In this document: one piece after another, positions 10,170 through 19,431 of the stretch
How positions within the stretch are numbered: position 1 is the first letter of the stretch
Layout: every line of letters begins with the position of its first letter
Source: an uncultured Alphaproteobacteria bacterium
GTDB taxonomy: Bacteria; Pseudomonadota; Alphaproteobacteria; Micavibrionales; Micavibrionaceae
Assembly: GCA_963740205.1 (NCBI GenBank)
Contig: CAVUDD010000005.1
Coordinates: forward strand, 368,860-432,859
Reading direction: 5' to 3'
Length of the DNA: 64,000 nt
The notes under the pieces: model-generated
Databases searched by the model: none
What the model saw: the letters and a program-made list of their open reading frames with translations, nothing else
Told to the model about the DNA's origin: nothing
Translations under genes and position numbers: made by a program

Positions 10170-12473
10170 ATGGTTCTGGCAACAAATCTGGGGTTTCCGC
10201 GTATCGGCGCAAAACGTGAATTGAAAAAGGCTGTTGAGGCATATTGGAAGGGGTCTTTGTCCCAAGAAGAAATGCTGAAAGAAGCAAGCCAGATACGCAT
10301 GGATAACTGGCAGACTCAAAAGACTGCTGGTATAAATCATATTCCCTCAAATGATTTCTCTTTATATGACCAGATGTTGGACATGTCCTGCCTTTTGGGA
10401 TGTGTACCTGAGCGTTATGAGTGGAATGGTGGTAACGTTGATCTGGATTTATATTTCGCAATGGCTCGCGGGAGCCAAAAGAATGGTCGCGATGTAATTG
10501 CCTGTGAGATGACGAAATGGTTTGACACTAACTATCATTATCTTGTTCCTGAGTTCGAGCCACATCAGGTTTTTACTCTTTCTGCGACAAAAATATTTGA
10601 TCACTATAAACAAGCCAAAGACGCTGGCATTGAAACACGCCCTGTTTTGATAGGCCCCATCACATATCTTTCACTTGGTAAAATGCATGATGATAGTGAC
10701 CCAATGGCTTTGCTCCCTAAACTCCTTCCTGTTTATGAAGAGATTTTAAACCGTCTTGATAAAATGGGTGTTGGTTGGGTACAAATTGATGAGCCTTATT
10801 TGGCAATGGATTTAACCGAATCCCAAAAAACCGCATATGAAAACGCCTATATTGGTTTGAATAACGCGCGTGGTGACATGAAGATAATGCTCACAAGCTA
10901 CTTTGAAGGCTTGCGCGACAATTTGAAACTTGCAACATCATTGCCAGTACAAGGCCTGCATATAGATTTACGCCGTGCGCCTAGTCAGCTTCACGAAGTC
11001 TTATCAAATCTAAATGACGAAATGGTATTATCTTTGGGGCTTGTTGATGGTCGTTCAATCTGGAAAAACAACCTTCGCGACTCTTTGGATATTGTGAAGA
11101 AAGTTACAGATAAACTAGGTAATGATCGCGTGATGATTGCACCAAGCTGTTCCCTTTTGCATGTGCCGATTGATTTGGAACTTGAAGAGAAAATGGATCC
11201 TCAAATTCGCAACTGGATGGCGTTTGCGAAACAAAAGCTTGACGAAATTGCGACACTTGCAGATGCGGTTAATAAGGGTGAGCAAACAGTTGCAGAAAAA
11301 CTGGATGCCAGTGCCAAAATTGCGCAAGAGCGCAAAACATCAGAGCGTATTCACAACAGACAAGTACAAGGGCGTATTGCCTCACTTAATGATGAAATGC
11401 GCAAGCGCAAAAGTCCCTATGAGAAACGTGCTGTAATACAACAAGAGCGCCTTAAATTGCCCATGTATCCAACAACATCCATTGGTTCGTTTCCACAGAC
11501 ACAAGACATTAGAAAAGCCAGAGCTTCCTTTAAAGCTGGCACGTTAAGCGAGCCTGAATATATGACCGCGATGAAAGCCGAAATTGAAAGCTGTGTTCGT
11601 TATCAAGAAGAAATTGATATGGATGTTCTTGTCCACGGTGAGGCCGAGCGCAATGACATGGTTGAATATTTTGGTGAGCAATTGGATGGGTATATATCTT
11701 CCAAATTTGGATGGGTTCAATCCTATGGTTCGCGCTGTGTGAAACCACCAATTATTTATGGTGATGTGTCTCGCCCCAATCCTATGACTGTTGAATGGAC
11801 AAGTTATGCCCAAAGTCTTACTGATCGCCCAATGAAAGCGATGTTGACTGGCCCAATCACAATTCTTATGTGGTCATTTAAACGTGATGATATTTCATGG
11901 GAAGATTCTGCGCGTCAAATTGCATTGGCTATTCGTGATGAGGTTGCTGATCTGGAAAAGGCAGATATTGCCGTTATTCAGGTGGACGAAGCAGCTATTC
12001 GTGAGGGTGTTCCTTTACGTCATGCTGATCGCTCTAACTATTTTGATTGGACGGTGGATTGCTTTAAGTTGTCAACGGCATGTGTAGAGGATGAAACACA
12101 AATACATACACATATGTGTTATTCCGAATTCAATGACATGATTGAGAAGATTGCTGATTTGGATGCTGATGTGATTTCGATTGAAACTAGCCGTTCGCAA
12201 ATGGAGTTGCTGGATGCCTTTGTTGATTTCAAATATCCAAACGAGATTGGTCCCGGTGTCTATGACATTCACTCACCGCGTATTCCAACTAAAGACGAGA
12301 TGGTGGTATTGCTTAAAAAGGCCGCCAAGGTTATTCCCGAGGAGCGTCTTTGGGTCAATCCTGACTGTGGCTTGAAAACACGTGGCTGGCCGGAAGTGAA
12401 ACCTGCACTAGAGAATATGATTGCGGCTGCTAAAGATATGCGCAATAAAACCCAGAAAACAAAAGTTGCTTAA
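10170..12473 (+). CDS. metE: Cobalamin-independent methionine synthase (5-methyltetrahydropteroyltriglutamate-homocysteine S-methyltransferase)
   Basis: 767 aa, with NLGFPRIGAKRELKKA at the N-terminus and HTHMCYSEF...DCGLKTR at the C-terminus. It starts 36 nt after metF. Confidence 0.95.
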   Translation: MVLATNLGFPRIGAKRELKKAVEAYWKGSLSQEEMLKEASQIRMDNWQTQKTAGINHIPSNDFSLYDQMLDMSCLLGCVPERYEWNGGNVDLDLYFAMARGSQKNGRDVIACEMTKWFDTNYHYLVPEFEPHQVFTLSATKIFDHYKQAKDAGIETRPVLIGPITYLSLGKMHDDSDPMALLPKLLPVYEEILNRLDKMGVGWVQIDEPYLAMDLTESQKTAYENAYIGLNNARGDMKIMLTSYFEGLRDNLKLATSLPVQGLHIDLRRAPSQLHEVLSNLNDEMVLSLGLVDGRSIWKNNLRDSLDIVKKVTDKLGNDRVMIAPSCSLLHVPIDLELEEKMDPQIRNWMAFAKQKLDEIATLADAVNKGEQTVAEKLDASAKIAQERKTSERIHNRQVQGRIASLNDEMRKRKSPYEKRAVIQQERLKLPMYPTTSIGSFPQTQDIRKARASFKAGTLSEPEYMTAMKAEIESCVRYQEEIDMDVLVHGEAERNDMVEYFGEQLDGYISSKFGWVQSYGSRCVKPPIIYGDVSRPNPMTVEWTSYAQSLTDRPMKAMLTGPITILMWSFKRDDISWEDSARQIALAIRDEVADLEKADIAVIQVDEAAIREGVPLRHADRSNYFDWTVDCFKLSTACVEDETQIHTHMCYSEFNDMIEKIADLDADVISIETSRSQMELLDAFVDFKYPNEIGPGVYDIHSPRIPTKDEMVVLLKKAAKVIPEERLWVNPDCGLKTRGWPEVKPALENMIAAAKDMRNKTQKTKVA

Positions 12474-12907
12474 ATTTTCTTTGGCGGTTTGTACTCAAAG
12501 AATATCATTTGAGATATTCCATGCATTACTACCCATGTGAGCAAAAATGACGGTAAAGTAAATTTCCATCCTTCCAAAGTAATCTGGAGGTAGATCAGCA
12601 ATGAAAAATCAATCACAGTTCCGAAAAACAAGGCTGCATTCGGCATGGGAAGCCACGCTAAAGTTGCAGCTGGCATAATATTTGGGAAAAGTAAGAATGT
12701 AGACATTGAAGAAAAAACAAACTTTTTCTTTTTTGATGTCCATGATTTCTTTTTTATAAACCATGCAATTAGGCTTACTACAATGATGGTAATTAAGCAG
12801 GGAGCAACAACTATCAAAAAAAACATAAATCTAGCCTCTGGACTGTATTTCCAATTTCTTCTATGAGTATAGCAGTTTAAATGAACTGAAATAAGTTGAT
12901 GTTTCAA
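12470..12907 (-). CDS. Hypothetical membrane protein (the start is more likely the internal ATG at 12826)
   Basis: ORF with several hydrophobic segments. It overlaps the metE stop by 4 nt. The annotated 5' end collides with the divergent ORF at 12896. Confidence 0.35.
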   Translation of the reverse strand: MKHQLISVHLNCYTHRRNWKYSPEARFMFFLIVVAPCLITIIVVSLIAWFIKKKSWTSKKKKFVFSSMSTFLLFPNIMPAATLAWLPMPNAALFFGTVIDFSLLIYLQITLEGWKFTLPSFLLTWVVMHGISQMIFFEYKPPKKI

Positions 12908-13273
12908 ATTTCAAAAAGACAACTTGCTATATCTTTCCTCATCGTAGTTTTCACGCTGGGGATTGTGTCACCTGCCTGTGCTAAGTTATGGGACGGGGAA
13001 CAGATGTCGGTTCTGGAGATCTGTACATCTAAAGGAATTCAGAAGATTGCGGTGAATGGTGAAGAGTTGCCGAGTGGTGGGCAAAGCTCTGATAAAGATG
13101 GTTGCACGTTCTGCCAGACCTATAATGCTGCACTGACTTCTGTTGATATCAATTTTGTTTTAGAAAATGTGAAATACCAGCTTCCTGAAATCACGGCACA
13201 AGATCGTTTGATTGCAGGACTAACCACAACCAAGCCCTACACCACAGGACCACCCAGCATCCTTTTGTCTTAA
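12896..13273 (+). CDS. Hypothetical secreted Cys-containing protein
   Basis: Signal-like N-terminus (LAISFLIVVFTLGIVSPACA) and a CTFCQ motif. It lies immediately upstream of the His-rich beta-barrel gene. Confidence 0.4.
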   Translation: MMFQISKRQLAISFLIVVFTLGIVSPACAKLWDGEQMSVLEICTSKGIQKIAVNGEELPSGGQSSDKDGCTFCQTYNAALTSVDINFVLENVKYQLPEITAQDRLIAGLTTTKPYTTGPPSILLS

Positions 13274-13303
13274 AGAACTCAATTTAAACAAAAGGAATAA
13301 ACA

Positions 13304-14434
13304 ATGAATTTTTCAACTAAAGCAGGACTTGGTGCTGCCTGTATAATTTTAAGCACTTTTACATCTTCTCCCTCACAGGCTTGTGAAGTTTGTGATGAAC
13401 AAGAACCGCACAATATTCATCTACAACACAGCTCTAATGGACGTGCAGATTCCCATGCACCTATTGGTGTAATGGGAGATCACCGTCATAAGGCAGGCGA
13501 GTGGATGCTCTCATACCGTTTTATGCGTATGGAAATGGCGGGAACGCGTGACGGAACCAATTCGCTTTCTCCAGAAGAAATCGTAACTACAGTCCCAAAC
13601 CGTTTCTTTGGCGCACCGATGCAACCCCCAACCTTGCGTATTGTGCCTTTGGAAATGACAACAGACATGCATATGGCTGGTGTGATGTATGCACCTACAG
13701 ACTGGCTGACACTTATGGCGATGGGTCAGTATATTGACCGAGAGATGGAGCATGTCACATTTGCGGGCGGTATGGGTACAACGCGTCTTGGAAACTTTAC
13801 GACCGAGGCAAAAGGACTTGGTGATAGTTCTGTATCTGGTCTTATTGGTCTTTATGATGATGACGTTCATCATTTGCATGTGAATGCTGGATTTTCTTTG
13901 CCGACAGGCTCAATTGATGAGGAAGATACGATACTCACTCCCATGGGTATGACACCACGTGTTCGTTTGCCCTATTCAATGCAACTTGGCTCAGGAACCT
14001 ACGACCTTCTTCCTGGTTTAACCTATTACGGTAACGCTGATAAATTCGGTTGGGGCGCACAATATAGTGCCACTGTTCGCATTGGTGAGAACAGTCAGGA
14101 TTATGCGCTAGGCGACAAACATCAGGTAAGCGCATGGGGAAGCTATCTCTGGGATCCATCTTTTTCAACTTCACTCCGTCTGACTGGTGAAACAGAAGGC
14201 GATATTGACGGAATTGATTCTCAAATTGCTGGACCTGTGCAAACTGCCGATCCTAATAATTATGGAGGTGAGCGTTTGTCAGTTTCCGCAGGGGCTAACT
14301 ACTTGTTCCAAGAAGGCGTGCTTGCAGGTAACCGCTTGGCCTTTGAAGTTACAGCACCTGTATATCAGAATTTGAATGGCCCTCAGTTGGAACGAGATTA
14401 TGCCGTTATGATTGGCTGGCAAAAAGCGTTCTAA
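13304..14434 (+). CDS. Outer-membrane beta-barrel 'transporter' family protein (MetA-pathway/Phenol_MetA_deg-like), with a His-rich N-terminus
   Basis: Has a signal peptide, the motif HAPIGVMGDHRHKAGEWMLSYRFMRMEM typical of this family, and an aromatic C-terminal residue (..WQKAF). Confidence 0.5.
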   Translation: MNFSTKAGLGAACIILSTFTSSPSQACEVCDEQEPHNIHLQHSSNGRADSHAPIGVMGDHRHKAGEWMLSYRFMRMEMAGTRDGTNSLSPEEIVTTVPNRFFGAPMQPPTLRIVPLEMTTDMHMAGVMYAPTDWLTLMAMGQYIDREMEHVTFAGGMGTTRLGNFTTEAKGLGDSSVSGLIGLYDDDVHHLHVNAGFSLPTGSIDEEDTILTPMGMTPRVRLPYSMQLGSGTYDLLPGLTYYGNADKFGWGAQYSATVRIGENSQDYALGDKHQVSAWGSYLWDPSFSTSLRLTGETEGDIDGIDSQIAGPVQTADPNNYGGERLSVSAGANYLFQEGVLAGNRLAFEVTAPVYQNLNGPQLERDYAVMIGWQKAF

Positions 14435-14441
14435 ACTCATC

Positions 14442-14514
14442 GTCATCGCGAGGAACAAAGTGACATGGCGACCCACTTATTTTTCTGGATTGCTGCACGT
14501 TCGTTCGCAATGAC
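14442..14514. repeat. Palindromic intergenic repeat, copy 2
   Basis: GTCATCGCGAGGAA...TTTTTCTGGATT...TCGCAATGAC. The ends and central block match 2887-2958. Confidence 0.75.
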
Positions 14515-14532
14515 AATTTGGAAGGCAAAAGA

Positions 14533-14556
14533 AAACCCCGCTTTGGCGGGGTTTTT
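14533..14556. terminator. Bidirectional rho-independent terminator
   Basis: AAAACCCCGC-TTTG-GCGGGGTTTT, a GC stem flanked by A and T runs, lying between convergent genes. Confidence 0.75.
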
Positions 14557-14563
14557 AGTAAAG

Positions 14564-16162
14564 CTAGCGCGGCATTAAACCGTATGTTTGTCCACCTACA
14601 GATACTGCGCTCGAGGCAATAATAGTTGTTTCAGGTTGAACCCCGTCATTGTCATTTGCAGAGGCTATAACGGCGTTGTCACTCTCGGTTTGTTGTGCTT
14701 GAGCATAACGAACTCTAGAGTCTGAAAACATAGGTTGAGTGACTTCATCAAAATAGACAGCAAGACTTGGATAGTCCTCGGGAGTTTTAAAGCTTTCCGC
14801 ATAATTCGTGCGGGCATCCCACATAATAACTGTGTCGCCTGTTGCAATCTGGATAGCACTATCGTCACGAATAAGCTCACCACTTTCATCACGACAAGCA
14901 TAGGCTCTTGAGGTTAGGCCGCGTATATTAAAGGCATCTTGTGCCGCAGCAGTGCAGATATAGGTTACATTTGTTTCCTCAGGCAAAACCAGCGAGGGTA
15001 ATTCAATATCTATAGCTGCTATATCTACTGGATTGGCAATTTGTAGATCAGATTGTTCCATTACAGCAATGACTGGGAGTTCTTTGTTAAGGAATTGGGC
15101 AAGTTGAAGCTCGGCATCATCTGCTGTTGGATCAATTCCAGTATGTTGAATGAAAGTATCCGCATATTGTGAGTTTGCTGGATTATTATTACAATTCTCT
15201 TTGAAATAAGTCAGCCAATCGGCTGCCCATTCATCATTGTTTGCGTAAACAACCGAGGCATCACATGTTTGTGCAACAACAGGTGCGGCACCTGCCACTT
15301 GATCTGCTGGTATGTTTCCTACAAGTAGAGGAGTTGTGTCTTGCGGCGACAAGAATTGCGCAAGCTGTGCATCGGCATCTTGAGCATCTGGATTGACACC
15401 AGTAAAGGCTATAAAATCATTTTTATAGGCACAAACAGAATCTGCGTTACAGTTTTCTTTGTACCAGTTCAGCCATTCAGCCGCCCATCCTTCGTTTGTT
15501 GTATAGGAATAAGTAGTCGTGTCAGTTGATTGAGCATCCGTTGTGTCAATAACAGCCAATTCATCGCTGTTTGTATCTGTCGTATTTGCTTGTTCATTAA
15601 CAGCTAAAGAATCTAGTGCAGGTAAAGGGTAGTTAGTGTTAACAACCGCTGCGGCAACATAAGCGTCCTGCGGAGCATCTGTAGATGAAGCAAGGCGGCT
15701 ATTTTCTGTTTGTTCTTGTTGCAATTCAGCAAGCGTTCTTGGGCGGTCGTTCTCATAACTCGCTAAATAATCTTTTTCAGGGTTATATTCCCCGCGTGCC
15801 TCAAGATAGGCTAAATCTCTTTGTGCCTGAGCATTGCCTAACTCGGCTGCTCTTTCATAATAAATAATGGCTCTTGGCTTGTTTTGGTCAACACCGCGTC
15901 CATTATAATATTGGAATGCTTGGTCTTTGATTTGTTGTGCGCTTAGGCCTTCAAGGTCAAATAAATCATCAGTAGAAGGCGTTGCTACATTTCCGCTATT
16001 GCTATCAACATCGGATTGGTTGGCATAGTAATCAAAAGTTGCTGTGGCAACTGCGTCATCTTGTATGTCCAGGATAGGAACATCATTTGCCATGACGGGT
16101 GACGCCGAGGCGAGCAATGCTACTATAGGAGTTGCAGTAACTAGTTTTGTATACCAACGCAT
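14564..16162 (-). CDS. Secreted Sel1-repeat protein with an internal duplicated module
   Basis: Has a signal peptide, a Sel1-like AFQYYNGRGVDQNKPRAIIYYERAAELGNAQAQ, and two copies of a module of about 50 aa ((N/D)EWAA(E/D)WL..(Y/F)KENCN...QLAQFL). Confidence 0.65.
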   Translation of the reverse strand: MRWYTKLVTATPIVALLASASPVMANDVPILDIQDDAVATATFDYYANQSDVDSNSGNVATPSTDDLFDLEGLSAQQIKDQAFQYYNGRGVDQNKPRAIIYYERAAELGNAQAQRDLAYLEARGEYNPEKDYLASYENDRPRTLAELQQEQTENSRLASSTDAPQDAYVAAAVVNTNYPLPALDSLAVNEQANTTDTNSDELAVIDTTDAQSTDTTTYSYTTNEGWAAEWLNWYKENCNADSVCAYKNDFIAFTGVNPDAQDADAQLAQFLSPQDTTPLLVGNIPADQVAGAAPVVAQTCDASVVYANNDEWAADWLTYFKENCNNNPANSQYADTFIQHTGIDPTADDAELQLAQFLNKELPVIAVMEQSDLQIANPVDIAAIDIELPSLVLPEETNVTYICTAAAQDAFNIRGLTSRAYACRDESGELIRDDSAIQIATGDTVIMWDARTNYAESFKTPEDYPSLAVYFDEVTQPMFSDSRVRYAQAQQTESDNAVIASANDNDGVQPETTIIASSAVSVGGQTYGLMPR

Positions 16163-16452
16163 AATAAAACCTTATGTAAACAATATTGATTAAGTGCAAA
16201 TGTTATAACCTTATCGCTGAAATAATGCAAGCAAAAGTTTTCCATAATTAATTTGGCTATATTTTCACGATGCTGTTAAATTATTTTTATAACCTATATA
16301 TAGAAGTCAATGATGCGGCAGAAAAAAGAAAATAAATATTTTTCATAATAATTTTAATAATTTTCTTGACAAATGACGAGAAAAGGAGCAAAACTCCACG
16401 AAATCAATTTTACATACTATTGAATTTAAGAATTTTGAAAGGTTTTTTAGAC

Positions 16453-17295
16453 ATGACACGTTCAGTAATTTTCACAGGTCTTGCAGGCGCAGCAGCTTTC
16501 TTAAGTGTAGCTTCAGCTGACGATGCAAATGCACAAACATTTGGTGGCGGTAGTTTTGGCGTACAGGACTGTTCACAATCTACTTCTTCAGGTTGTGGGA
16601 CAAATACACCTCCAGTTTCACCTCCATGTGAAACACTATCAAATTGTGGTGGTGATACACCTCCGACTACAACACCTCCACCTCAGCCTCCTGTTGTTAA
16701 CCCTCCTGTGGTGACTTACGAAAATAATCCTGTAAATAATAACAATTCTGAAGCGAATGCAAATGCAGACGCAAATGCTCAAGCAGACGCAAATGCTCAA
16801 GCAGATGCTAATGCTAGCGTTGGTGATACAACATCAAACTCTAATTCTAGCGTCGGTGATGTTATCGCTGGTGGTGCAAGTATTGTAAATACGTACCGTA
16901 GATCAGCGTCTAGCGCACATGCTCCGAACAACGGTGTTTATTCATTATGTGGTAAATCATGGTCAGCAGCTGGAAGTATAATTGTTGGTAGTGTATCTGG
17001 CGGAAGTGCTTCAAACGACGATGAATGTGTTACTAGAGTACTGGACGGCCAAGAGCGTGCCGCAGGTATGGCAACAGGTGACCGTATGATTATGTGTTCA
17101 TCTGCATGGTCATCTTCTGCAATACGTTCTGGTGCTGAAGACCTTTACGGCAGAGAAGAGTTTGCTAGAGGCTGTGGTGAGGAAGTTCAAGTGGAAACGC
17201 AAACTTATTCTGAACCATACGTTCCCGCAGAAGTAGAGGTAAGATCAAGAGAAGTTCCTCGTCGCGTGGTACCTGCCCCTGAAGTTGTAAGGTAG
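16453..17295 (+). CDS. Secreted low-complexity protein (Pro-rich segment plus DANAQA repeats)
   Basis: ATG at 16453 gives MTRSVIFTGLAGAAAFLSVASADDANAQ (signal-like). The upstream extension to 16366 in the track is unlikely to be real. Confidence 0.55.
   Translation: MTRSVIFTGLAGAAAFLSVASADDANAQTFGGGSFGVQDCSQSTSSGCGTNTPPVSPPCETLSNCGGDTPPTTTPPPQPPVVNPPVVTYENNPVNNNNSEANANADANAQADANAQADANASVGDTTSNSNSSVGDVIAGGASIVNTYRRSASSAHAPNNGVYSLCGKSWSAAGSIIVGSVSGGSASNDDECVTRVLDGQERAAGMATGDRMIMCSSAWSSSAIRSGAEDLYGREEFARGCGEEVQVETQTYSEPYVPAEVEVRSREVPRRVVPAPEVVR
16765..16815 (+). repeat. 18-bp in-frame tandem repeat (about 2.8 units)
   Basis: GCAGACGCAAATGCTCAA occurs twice perfectly (16765-16800), followed by GCAGATGCTAATGCT. 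Confidence 0.85.
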
Positions 17296-17313
17296 AATAA
17301 TTGAATTTTTAGA

Positions 17314-17345
17314 AGCCGGGTCTTATAAAAAGACTCGGCTTTTTT
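17314..17345 (+). terminator. Rho-independent terminator
   Basis: AGCCGGGTCT-TATAAAA-AGACTCGGCT, a 10-bp stem followed by TTTTT. Confidence 0.8.
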
Positions 17346-17364
17346 ATCAAAAGAAATTAATATT

Positions 17365-18039
17365 ATGAAAAATAAAACGAATACTTTTTTAACGTCATTT
17401 GCTGCAGCAGCCCTTTTCGCAAGCGGTTCGGCGTCGGCTCAGGATGTCAATAATCCCGAGGCAGGTGTTGCAATTGCAGATGCCGAACTCTCTCCTCAAA
17501 TTCGCTATGTGTTGGAGCAACAAGAATCTCTGGGCAATCAGGATGCCTATGTCGTGGTAGATAAAACGAATAGAGAGATTTTTATTATTGAAGAGGGACG
17601 TATTACGACACGCGATCCAGTACTTGTAGGAATGGAGCCGGGCGATAACTTACCTGTAGTACGAGGAAGATTTGGTACAGCTGCTGGACGATTTTACCCT
17701 GAGGTGTGGACTGATGAAGTTGCCTATGAAGACTATTACAGAAATACCAACATTCTTTTTAATTGCAATGAGGAAGACACAAGATGTGCAGCCTTGCACG
17801 GTTTCTACACTCAAGTCGCCTCTGAAAGACGTATAGAGAGATATGAAAGTGAAACTTCTGCTGATAATGCAATTACCAATGGTTGCGTAAATGTTGAATA
17901 CGGTGTTCAAGATCGTCTGATAGCGATATTTCAGCAAAGAAATTCGGATGGATCGCAAAGGCAGCTTATTATTCCACCATCCGAAGATACAAGCACACAA
18001 AACACTAATCGATTTTTAGGCTACAGCCCCAATTTTTAA
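17365..18039 (+). CDS. Secreted protein, possibly L,D-transpeptidase-like (YkuD fold)
   Basis: Has a signal peptide. ...AALHGFY...NAITNGCVNV resembles the H...(S/T)xGC(I/V)(R/N) catalytic motif. Confidence 0.4.
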   Translation: MKNKTNTFLTSFAAAALFASGSASAQDVNNPEAGVAIADAELSPQIRYVLEQQESLGNQDAYVVVDKTNREIFIIEEGRITTRDPVLVGMEPGDNLPVVRGRFGTAAGRFYPEVWTDEVAYEDYYRNTNILFNCNEEDTRCAALHGFYTQVASERRIERYESETSADNAITNGCVNVEYGVQDRLIAIFQQRNSDGSQRQLIIPPSEDTSTQNTNRFLGYSPNF

Positions 18040-18099
18040 ATATTTGACATAATAAAATAAGTTTGCTATACTTTTCACACTTAAGAAAGAGGATAAATT

Positions 18100-18618
18100 A
18101 TGGCAATTAATCGAAAAATTTTAGCTCTTGCTACAGTAGTACCTGCATTTTCAATGTCTGCTTGTGTAACGGTTAACACGACGGAGAGCGGATGCCTTGT
18201 CTACCAAGTTCCTCAAGATTGCTATAATGCAGTAGATATTCAAAACTTTTTGTCTATGGGATATTTAACTACCTCTAATCTTGGGAATGGTTCTCTCGAC
18301 AGAATATTGATAGCAGAATATGGTTTGGTTGAAATGACAGACCAACAAGTTGTAGAAGACTTTAGATCAAGATATATTGCTGAGACACCAGATGGGGCTA
18401 GAAAATTCAATCTAGCTGGGCGTATTCTTGATGCGCGTGAAAATGGAAATGAGTTACGACTAAGAGGGGCCGATTTGGAAATTCTAGGAATTACAGGTCA
18501 AACGGTTCTAGTTATTCAGCCTGATGACTTAGACACTTTTATTCAGAACAACCAAGAGGCAATAGACAACTTGTCAGGCGCTAGGGAACCCGCCCGCGCC
18601 CCTGCTGTTTCTTTCTAG
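18100..18618 (+). CDS. Hypothetical lipoprotein
   Basis: Lipobox-like AFSMSAC after a hydrophobic N-terminus. Confidence 0.45.
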   Translation: MAINRKILALATVVPAFSMSACVTVNTTESGCLVYQVPQDCYNAVDIQNFLSMGYLTTSNLGNGSLDRILIAEYGLVEMTDQQVVEDFRSRYIAETPDGARKFNLAGRILDARENGNELRLRGADLEILGITGQTVLVIQPDDLDTFIQNNQEAIDNLSGAREPARAPAVSF

Positions 18619-18624
18619 TAAAAT

Positions 18625-19227
18625 TTAATTATTTAAATACTCCCTTATTGATCTTCCATCGCCTGTAAAGGTGGTGTCTAGCCAGTTATCCTGAAATTCT
18701 GGTCGCGACAGCCTTACTGCGCGTAGGCAGTTGTTTAAATAATAAGGCGAAGGCTCTAAATCATCTCGCCATATAGGTCCTTCATAAACCCCTCTTAATT
18801 CTTTGGCGCGTTTGGCGCGTACAGGATCGGAGGCAATGAGTTCTTCGCATTCTTGATTATCCTTAAAATCCCCCATACAGACGATGCCCTCTCCTTTTTC
18901 GTGCGAGTCTATTTCCTCATAAGGAATAGATACCAGCTTATAATCAAATTCACGCTCAACAATAGAATGCCATTCGCTTTTCGGGATATAAAAGGTTGAG
19001 ACATACATTATATCTATAGCCTTATCGGGCATAGCACTCAGGCAGGCATATTTATTATTGTTGGGGATACCTTTCTTGCGCATTAGAAAAGAGTCTGCCT
19101 TATTGAAAACGCGCTTATATCCGCTGATTTTTGCAAAGCGAAAATGTGTAAGATTAGGGCAGGAGCGTCTTGCTGATTTTTCATCAATTAAAGAGCCAAG
19201 CCCTATGATTGTAATATGGTCTTGCAT
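18625..19227 (-). CDS. Hypothetical protein, possibly with a gamma-glutamylcyclotransferase/ChaC-like fold
   Basis: IIGLGSLIDEKS...KISGYKRVFN...EREFDYK resembles the G(Y/L)GSL...G(Y/F)xRxF...RE..Y pattern. This assignment is weak. Confidence 0.3.
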   Translation of the reverse strand: MQDHITIIGLGSLIDEKSARRSCPNLTHFRFAKISGYKRVFNKADSFLMRKKGIPNNNKYACLSAMPDKAIDIMYVSTFYIPKSEWHSIVEREFDYKLVSIPYEEIDSHEKGEGIVCMGDFKDNQECEELIASDPVRAKRAKELRGVYEGPIWRDDLEPSPYYLNNCLRAVRLSRPEFQDNWLDTTFTGDGRSIREYLNN

Positions 19228-19242
19228 GTTTCCCCTTAAAAA

Positions 19243-19280
19243 TTACAAAAAATCCCGAGGAGACATTTTCCATCGGGATT
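19243..19280 (-). terminator. Rho-independent terminator, minus-strand orientation
   Basis: The minus strand reads AATCCCGA-(14 nt)-TCGGGATT followed by TTTTTTG. It lies between the 31-aa ORF and the start of 18625..19227. Confidence 0.6.
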
Positions 19281-19335
19281 TTCGTAGATATTAGATCTTA
19301 AACTGTTTTAAGGCCGGAAAGCCTGATTTACAGAC

Positions 19336-19431
19336 TTATAGCGCATCTCCCGCGTGGGAGGACCAAATGTCGATCATAACTTTGGGATTTGCGCCGCTTC
19401 CGGCCTTTAAACTCTGTTCTGGATCATTCAT
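19336..19431 (-). CDS. Small protein (31 aa), MNDPEQSLKAGSGANPKVMIDIWSSHAGDAL
   Basis: A perfect SD (AAAGGAGGTGA) lies 6 nt before the ATG. There is a sigma70-like TTGACG/CATATT pair upstream and a terminator downstream. It is below the ORF-track size cut-off. Confidence 0.5.
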   Translation of the reverse strand: MNDPEQSLKAGSGANPKVMIDIWSSHAGDAL

